Source of the DNA: Macrostomum lignano
Taxonomy: Eukaryota
Length of the DNA: 64,000 nucleotides
NCBI GenBank assembly: GCA_002269645.1
Contig: NIVC01001678.1
Location: 62,001 to 126,000, forward strand
Direction of reading: 5' to 3'
Shown here piece after piece: positions 52,401-64,000 of this stretch. The position numbers were made by a program, and so were the translations under genes. The notes under the pieces are model-generated. The model was not told the origin of the DNA. It did not search any database and saw nothing but the letters and a program-made list of their open reading frames with translations. Within the stretch, counting starts at the first letter, position 1, and every line of letters begins with the position of its first letter.

Positions 52401-53542
52401 TAAGACCCGAGCTCGGTTCCAGGTATCCCATATGATCCGAGCTCGATTCCAGGTATTCCATAGGACCCGAGCTCGATTCCAGGTATCCCATAGAACCCGA
52501 GCTCGATTCCAGGTATCCCATATGACCCGAGCTCGGTTCTAGGTATCCCATAGGACCCGAGCTCGATTCCAGGTATCTATGACCCGAGCTCGATTCCAGG
52601 TATCCCATAGGACCCGAGCTCGATTCCAGGTATCCCATAGAACCCGAGCTCGATTCCAGGTATTCCATAAGACCCGAGCTCGGTTCCAGGTATCCCATAG
52701 GACCCGAGCTCGATTCCAGGTATTCCATAGGACCCGAGCTCGATTCCAGGTATCCCATAGAACCCGAGCTCGATTCCAGGTATCCCATATGACCCGAGCT
52801 CGGTTCTAGGTATCCCATAGGACTCGAGCTCGATTCCAGGTATCCCATAGAACCCGAGCTCGATTCCAGGTATCCCATATGATCCGAGCTCGATTCCAGG
52901 TATCCCATATGACCTGAGCTCGGTTCTAGGTATCCCATAGGACCCGAGCTCGATTCCAGGTATCCCATATGACCCGAGCTCGATTCCAGGTATCCCATAG
53001 GACCCGAGCTCGATTCCAGGTATTCCATAAGACCCGAGCTCGGTTCCAGGTATCCCATATGATCCGAGCTCGATTCCAGGTATCCCATAGGACCCGAGCT
53101 CGATTCCAGGTATCCCATAAGACCCGAGCTCGGTTCCAGGTATCCCATAGGACCCGAGCTCGATTCCAGGTATTCCATAGGACCCGAGCTCGATTCCAGG
53201 TATCCCATAGGACCCGAGCTCGATTCCAGGTATCCCATAAGACCCGAGCTCGGTTCCAGGTATCCCATAGGACCCGAGCTCGATTCCAGGTATCCCATAG
53301 GACCCGAGCTCGATTCCAGGTATTCCATAGGACCCGAGCTCGATTCCAGGTATCCTATAGGACCCGAGCTCGATTCCAAGTATCAAATAGAATTCCAATT
53401 CGATTTAAGGCGAGAATTGTTTGGGATGCTATTAAAATTTTGGACAATTTAAATCTCTAGAGACGACGAGATAACTTTGCTGTATTAGGAAGCATTTAAA
53501 ACAAGATTTTCCTGTCAGATCAAACCGCTACCATATTAAATC

Positions 53543-56473
<2,931 letters not shown>

Positions 56474-59400
56474 TCTCTCTTTGTCCACTTTTGATTGCAA
56501 TTTAGAACAAGTTTCACTAAAAATAATATAAATCAACTCAGTTAATCAGTGCAAAATGGTAATAAAAACGTTAAAATTCAATTAAAAATGACTTCAAAAT
56601 TTATACTTTAACCACATGAATGAAATATTCTTGGCTATTTTAATACTTGGTAGCCATATATAATTTGGTACCATGAAACATTTAAATAAACTTGAATCAA
56701 ATTAAAATTGTATATTCAAAATATCCCAAGAAAACTGATATTTCAGAAATATATAAATACAAAGATAGCCTCAAATATACACACTACTTTTGCTTTTACT
56801 CTGACAATTGAAAAAGAGATGCAATAGAAAATACAATTTGAAAAAAGCTAAGCCTAGATCATGAATTACTGTTTTATTTATTTAGAAAGAAGTTTTAAAT
56901 ATTGCATTAAAATCCAACTTGGACTAGAAAATATTTAGGCAAGCTTGAATTGACAAAAATGAGGGATTATGATTGCTTTTGCAAACATTTTTGTTGCCAT
57001 GGCCTTTCAATAACCCTAGGTAGAACACTAAAATAATATAAGTACATCATTGAGTTTTAGAAAAGCAAAAGTTGTAAGCCAAAGCCATATAATATAATTT
57101 TTGTGCAACCATTTTACTAAAATAGGCCTGCTTTGTTAAAAAACATTTTATAATAAATAAGGGGTAAAAGAGACACTTCTGTAATAAAATATTATTGACA
57201 TATTCTAATAAGTTATTCTAAGTTATATTTTTCAATATTATGCCTTTAGCATGAATTTTTTAATTAAATTTCAATATTTTCTAAATGTCAAAGCTTATAG
57301 GAAAGGGGAATAGCTGAGATGTCAAGGCTCTTTGGGGAATTGCTAATTGCAAAGCACTATAGCTTCATTTAATTTTTATATGACATTTCTTTCATGGCTG
57401 ACATGACACTTCTATGATTTTTTCATGATGCTTCTATGATTTTTTTACATGACGCTTCTATGATTTTTTACATGACACTTCTATGATTGTTTACATGATG
57501 CTTCTGATTTTTTGACATGATGCTTCTATGGTTTTTTCATGATGCCTTTAGTCCTTTACTAGTCTTTTAATAAAAGCTTTCAATAAGAATTTTCACTAGT
57601 AAGATTCAAACCCAGGTTGCTGCATTAGCAGTCCAGTCTGTTCACATCTAGGCTAGCTCGTAACAAATTTATAAATAAAAATGTAGCACTTATAATTCAA
57701 CACTCACTCACTGAGCAGTTATGACATAATCAATATCTCAGGCAATTCAGTATCAGTCTCAATTAAAGTTGACAATATAGTTATGCAATCTAAATCAAGT
57801 CTAGTGCTATGTGATGTAATCTACTCCAGAATCAGAATTCAACCAGTCAGTTTTTTCTCTAGCATTCTTACAATATATTTAAAGTTGAAAGAGCTGCTTG
57901 ACCTTTGCAAAAAAGCATGTTTTTGAATATTTAATGCCTTTAGCATTGAGCAATTTCTTAGCCAAGACACATGTACCATTACAGAAAATTTCTGATTAAA
58001 CAGTGCAAGTCTCAAGAAATTTGGTTAAGCCATTCAGGAGATAATCGATTGCGCAATAACATACATACAAGATTTTCTTTTTTGGTATATTGGAAAAGCA
58101 AGCAAGCATATAAACCTTAGAGATTTAGTATATTTAGATTAGTTGACAAGGCATTTGGCCTTAATAAGACAGTCATAGTTACTCCTGCTGTTTATATAAA
58201 TCCATACTAAACTACAATACAAACTGCCTTAACTCTAGCTAGGACATGATATTAAAAAATTCCAAAATGGCAATAGATGGTTAGATGCCTTTTGTCTACT
58301 TATTCTAATAGGAGGCACACTTTAGTGCTTTGCTAAAAAGATCAGCTGCTGAATAGTCACTTGATAAGCCATTAAAGAATTCAATTGGTAGGAAGTATAT
58401 CTTATATCTAAAGTTGAGTGGATCAATCGACTGGCTGGGTTTAACGTGTATCTCCTCCTAGACGGCTGGCAACTCAAATGTGAGACTTATATATATCAAT
58501 GTATAATTTTCCTACACAACAAATAGGCAATTTTAATGTTGAAAATTTAAAATTTAAGTCTGTTAAAATAGCAGAAAACTGTTTTCTTAACCTTCTTTGG
58601 CCACTTTGCCTCTCTAGTGGCATAGTTGTAAAAACAACCACCCCAACCTACCCCTGCAGGTCGCTGTGTTTTGGAGGGGTAGGTGAGGCATGTTCTGGGT
58701 TCAATGCAAATAAAACCCCCAGTGTTGGGGGTGCAGTAAAATTTAATGATTCCCCCGGAATAGGGGGGTGGTTTGGGCTGAGTGTACATAGCAAAGTACA
58801 TTGTAAACAGATAGATAGGACTGTGTCAAGATTCAATTGGTTTTATTACTGGCACCTTTCAAAAGGCAGCCTTGTGTATTAGCTGGACAGTGAAATTCAA
58901 TGAATAAACAGCAGGCAGGTGAATGTACATGCGATACTTAATGCTTTAAATTGTGAATTTCAAACGTTAAATGTTCCTTAAGTTTTAAACTTTGAGAAAA
59001 GAGACTTATATTGCTGGAAGGATCTTGCAACGCTGAATTCGGGGATATAAGTTATTTGCTATAAATATGAAAACAAAAAGCACAGTATTGAAAAATCAAT
59101 TTCATACTTTAAAACTTTCTACTAAGATTGTAGTTGGGGGGTTGTGTATACAAATTCAAGCCAGCTATCATTTGAGTAATTTCAGTAATGGAAGGAGGCG
59201 GGTGACAAATTTCAATTGGTTTGATTATTTGCGCTTTCAGTCTGTCAGATAAAAGAGTAGAGAGAAGAGAGATTTTAGGGAGAAGAGAGGATAGAATGAT
59301 AGAAAAGACAGTAGATATGAGAGATTAAAGTCAACAGAGGGGAGAGAAGAGGGGAGTGAGGCGGGAATGAAGACAGAGAGCAAAAAGAAGAGAATGTAGA

Positions 59401-62400
59401 GGGAAGGAAGGAGGGGAGAGAGGAAAAATGAGAGAGCAAAGGAGGGAAAAAAGATGGGAGGAGAGACGAGAGAGAAAAGAGAAGAGAGAGAGAGGATAAG
59501 TTAGAGGAGAGGCAATAGATAAGTGAGTAGAGATTAGAGATGAGAGAGAAGAGGAGAGATAAGAGAGAATTGAGAGAAGACAGGAGAGAAGAGATAAGAG
59601 AAAGAAGCGAGAAGAGAAGGGAGAGAGGAGAGAGATGAGAAAAGAAATGAGAGAGCAAAGGGGAAAGATGAGAGAATAGAGATGAGAAAATAGAGATGAG
59701 AGTGCAGAGGAGAGATGAGAGATGGGAGATGATTGATGAGAAAGTAAGAGTAGAGATGAGAGGAGATGAGAGCAGAGAGAAAAGAGAAGAGATTAGATAA
59801 AGGAGCAAAGAGGAGAGAGGAGACAGGAGAAAGTCGCAGTCTGGACGATGGCAGTCAATTTTTGCAAATAGAGAAAGCATGCTATGATATTTCAGAGGTT
59901 TTATGGAGGATTTGAAAGATTTGGAAGATTTTTTGACGTATACCCAGACAAGTAAAAAGCATATTTTTATAGACTTCAGTTTCATAGTCTTGATTGACTG
60001 AAATTTGATAGAGATAATATTTTTTTAATTGATGGATTGTAGCTTGAAGGAGATGATACATGCTGGATTTCAGTTTAACAGAGGATTTTGATGATATCTG
60101 TTTCATGGAGAGGATGAAATGGCTAAATGAAAGGGAATAGAGAAAAGAGAAAAGGAAAGAGAAGATAAAAGATTAGATGAAAAAGAACATGAAAAGAGAG
60201 AATTAAAAGGGACAGATTAGAGAAAAGAAAAAGAGAATAAAGGCGAAAGAAGAGATGAGGGAATTGAGAGAAGAGAGAAGAGGGGATAAGAGAGGAGAAA
60301 AAGGAGACAGGAGGGATTAGAGCCGAAAGACGAGAGAGAAGAGATAAATGAGTAGAAATAAGGGGAGAGAGAGGAGAGAGAAGCGAGAGGATAAGGGAGA
60401 GAGGAGAGAGGAGAAAGTAGAGAGACAAGAGAGCAAAGAGTAGATAAAGGAGAGGAGAGAGAGGGACAGACGAGAGTCTCAGTCTGGACAATGGCAGGCA
60501 GTCAATTTTTACAAACAGGTAAAACAACATGGTTTTTGGGAGGTTAATAGAGGATTTGGAAAGGATTTGGATGATGGGATTCGTGTCATTGGATTCAGCT
60601 AATGGATTTCAGGGAATGAAATTCTGGCAATAGGAGTTCTATCCCCTTACTCTGCCAATGGAGGAGTTGGCCTTGTAGGCCTATAAAACTTTGGTTTGGT
60701 AGATTAGTTTTTATTGACATTAAATCAATGTAAAAATATATATAATAGGAATGAGATGGCTGCACATTAGACAACAAGCAGAATGGGATGGCTAACTAAA
60801 TGGTGAGGGATAAATGAGTCATCATGCAGAATCACATCATCTGTTTAGTTTGTTATAATAGGCCTAGCTATATAGATATGCCATGGATATTAATTTAAAT
60901 TATATAAGTGGCTATCATATCAAACAAGATCATAAACAATAATTTATGACTTTAAAAGTAGCAAAAAACATGCCTATGTTATTATGACTACATGTATGGC
61001 AAAATCATATAGCTAAAAATCCTACTACTAGGCCTAGGCCTATAAATTCTAGAAAAAAAAATAAAAAAGAGAAAAATGCCGATAGCCTATTGTTTGTAAG
61101 CTAACAAGTTCAGAATCAATATTTTCTAAATTCCAAAATCATACTAGTAGCATTTTTGTAACTATATGAGTTTGCCATACTCGTGTCGTGATAATATTAA
61201 TATAGTAGGCATGGTTTTTGCTAGGCCCCTACTTTTGGGATCATAACTCATTGCTTGTGTGTGAGCTTATCTGATAACCATTTGTGCAAACTAAATTAAC
61301 ATTTACATCCACTTCTGTAAATCTGTAATTTAGGAAAACATTCCATATTCTGCATTTTAGCAAACATTTTGCATCCACTTCCACATTTTTGTAGATGCCA
61401 AATTCTAAACTTGTTTAGGCAATAAGACTCTTATATTGGTTATATAAGACAAAGTTAGGCCTAAATTAAAGTTAGGCTATTGATATAATTGCTTCAGCTT
61501 AGGCCTCAGGGCTTAGGCCTAGCTTGGTAAGAGTAAGATAGGCTTAGCCTAGCATTTGATTTAATTCAATTACTATAATAGGCTCCCTACTAGGGCTACA
61601 ACTTGGCCCTAGGCCTACTGCTGATTTTTTGCATTAAACCTAAAAATTAATATATAATATATATATAATATGTTGCCAACAAAATTGTTATTGACTTTGA
61701 CTGTTCCTAAAATGGACTTGATTGGTAAATCATCATTGACATTTGCTTATTGCCTAATTATCACCTCGACCTTTCTTTAATAAGGTTTAGCCTTGAGAAA
61801 TTTCCAATCTTAGGCCTACAAGATACAATTTTACTTATCATCATAGAATAGCTATATACAATAATATGAATTTTCCCTCTATGAACAGGCCCTGTGCTCC
61901 ATATTCTTCGTAATGGTCAGTCTGCTCTGCAGTCAATCAATTGCGATTGGTCGGATGGCGGCCGCGGAAAGGCTGACTGAAATCCTAGATTCAAAAAATA
62001 TCCGGAAAAGACGTCAAAGTGTCACAATACAATACGCCTGTGGCGAAGTAACCTATGAAAATACTTACTTCAAAAATCTAACTGAGATGTGAATTTCCTA
62101 AGTACGTTGCTATGAATTAAGCAAAAATAGCTGATAATAAAATAATTTGCATAATTTGCAATTAAAAAGGACATGTATTACGAAACGTCAAAGTGATATT
62201 AGTAAGGGATATCTTCAGAAAAAACAAATCGAACTTCTTTAGGAGTTTAATTAAACTACTCAAGTAACTCCTCCTGAATTAGGACAGCTCAAGGGGAGTC
62301 ACTAATCCTAAACTTCTGTTCGATAGAAATGTAGGAAGCCTCGGTCTAATTGTGTTGTTTACGGGTTTATAATTTATATGATTACAAGCTGTTGAAACCC

Positions 62401-62469
62401 GCGGATTTTGAACCCGGGGAATTCCAATACCCGGAACTACTTTTGCATGTATTCTGAAATCTAAGGCCA

Positions 62470-62822
62470 TCTCTCTCGTCCCTCGTCTCTCCTCTCTCCT
62501 CTCTCCCCTCTTCTCTCGTATCTTCCCTCATCTCTCTTCTCTTCATTCTCTCTTATCTCATCTCTTGTCTCTTCTTTTCTCTCTCCTCTCCTCTCTCCTC
62601 TTCTCTCTCCTCTCTCCTCTCACCCCGTCTTCTCTCTGATCTTCATTCTCCTTTCTATTCTTTTCTCTCTTCTCTTAACTCTCTCCTCTACTCTCTACTC
62701 TCTCCTCTCTTCTCTCGTCTCTTCCCTCACCTCTTTTCTCTCTCGTTTTTGCTCTCTCATCTTTCCTTTCTCTTCTTTTATCTTTTCTCTCTTATCTCTT
62801 CTCATTTCTCTCTGCTCCCCCT

Positions 62823-62894
<72 letters not shown>

Positions 62895-62923
62895 ATCTCT
62901 TCTCATTTCTCTCTGCTCCCCCT

Positions 62924-63018
<95 letters not shown>

Positions 63019-63770
63019 TATCTCCCCTCCTCTCTCTACTCTCTCCCCTCTCCATTCTCCTCTTTCCTCTCCTCTCTTCTCACTCACTTCTCTACCTTTG
63101 TCTCTCCTCTCTCCTCTCGTCTCTGTAACCTCTCCTCTGTTCTCTCTACTCTCCCATCTTTTATCTGTTCACTCTCGTCTCTGCTCTCTCATCCCCCTCT
63201 TTAATCTGGCATCTCTGTCTTATATATTCTCTCACCTCTCTCCTCTGTACTCTTTTCTTTCCCCTCTTTTGACTCCTCACTTTCCTTTCTCCTTTCTTCT
63301 TTTTTCTTCTCTTCCCTTTTCTATACTCTGTCTCCCTCTCTTCTCTCACTCCACTCTCCTCTCTCCGTTATCTCTCATCTCTCATTTCTCATCTCTCCTT
63401 CCACTTCTCTCATCTCTAAAACCTTAGAGATGTAGAGATGTATCTTTATCTCTTCTCTCTTCCCTTTACTCTCTCATCTCTTCTTTCACCTGTTTCCTCT
63501 CTGCTGTCTCCTCTCTCCTCTCATCTGCAGCTCTCTGCTCTCTCATCTCTCATCTCTCCTCTCGCTTTTCCTCTCTCCCCTCTTCTCCCCTCTCTCTCAT
63601 CGTCCTCACCCCCTTATCTCTCCTATTATCTTTTATCTTTTCTTTTATCCGCTCTGTCGCCTCTCCTCTCTTCGAATCGTCTATTCGTTCTTCTTTCCAC
63701 TTTCATCTGCCCCTCAGCTATGAGCTGGATTCTTTATCTGGCCTTTGAGGTAAAAGTATGCCCATCCCTG
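62470..63770 (+). mobile_element. CT-rich tract with (CT)n microsatellites, ending in a hAT-type MITE right end
   Basis: End ggattctttatctggcctttgaggtaaaagtatgcccatccctg (63727-63770) matches the 51-bp unit at 2146-2505. No left end or TSD was found. Confidence 0.55.
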
Positions 63771-64000
63771 CTTGGAAAGCCAGTTTGTGGGATGTAGTAC
63801 TCTCATGGTTGTTCTCATGCTTTGATCACGTCATCTTTCTTGCCAATTTGCAGCCCTGAAAGGAATTTGTGTATCTTCAGCTCCACTGCAGTCTTCATCG
63901 GTCTAACAACCAAGGAAATACGCATTTCTTAGGAGGCCATTTAAATTTTAAAGTACCTTTAAGAGAAAACCTAAATTTCCATGGTGTGTCTAATTTAGTA

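Noticed and set aside
62279-62470. 63-aa ORF near a promoter-like region
   Set aside because: Short, no motif, and no consistent splice partners.

Overview
Eukaryotic (animal) genomic DNA with GC-rich exons, GT-AG introns, CAG/polyQ tracts and a minisatellite in most large introns. The style suggests the flatworm Macrostomum lignano or a relative (inference; no search was run). Hand-built, phase-checked gene models give: (1) an intronless 531-aa C2HC zinc-finger protein (+, 2689-4284); (2) a 6-exon, 387-aa coiled-coil protein with an MGxxxS start, CCDC192-like (-, 5880-10488); (3) head-to-head with it, a TTC31-like protein with the domain order J-like(HPE) / coiled coil / polyQ / TPR / UBA / RRM (+, exons 16211-21297, candidate first exon 10607-10638); (4) a complete 8-exon Rho-associated kinase, 1277 aa (-, 28060-37850); (5) a 3-exon eIF2B gamma gene, 490 aa (-), present twice inside a ~10.8-kb, ~99.9%-identical tandem duplication (~38716-49480 and 49481-60308). 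The rest is minisatellites, CT/AG-rich tracts, hAT-type and foldback-type MITEs, and a Helitron-like repeat with a degenerate tRNA-like segment. Most long ORFs in the supplied track are artefacts of tandem repeats. There is no CRISPR array, rRNA gene or intact tRNA gene. Homology calls come from recalled motifs and need database confirmation.
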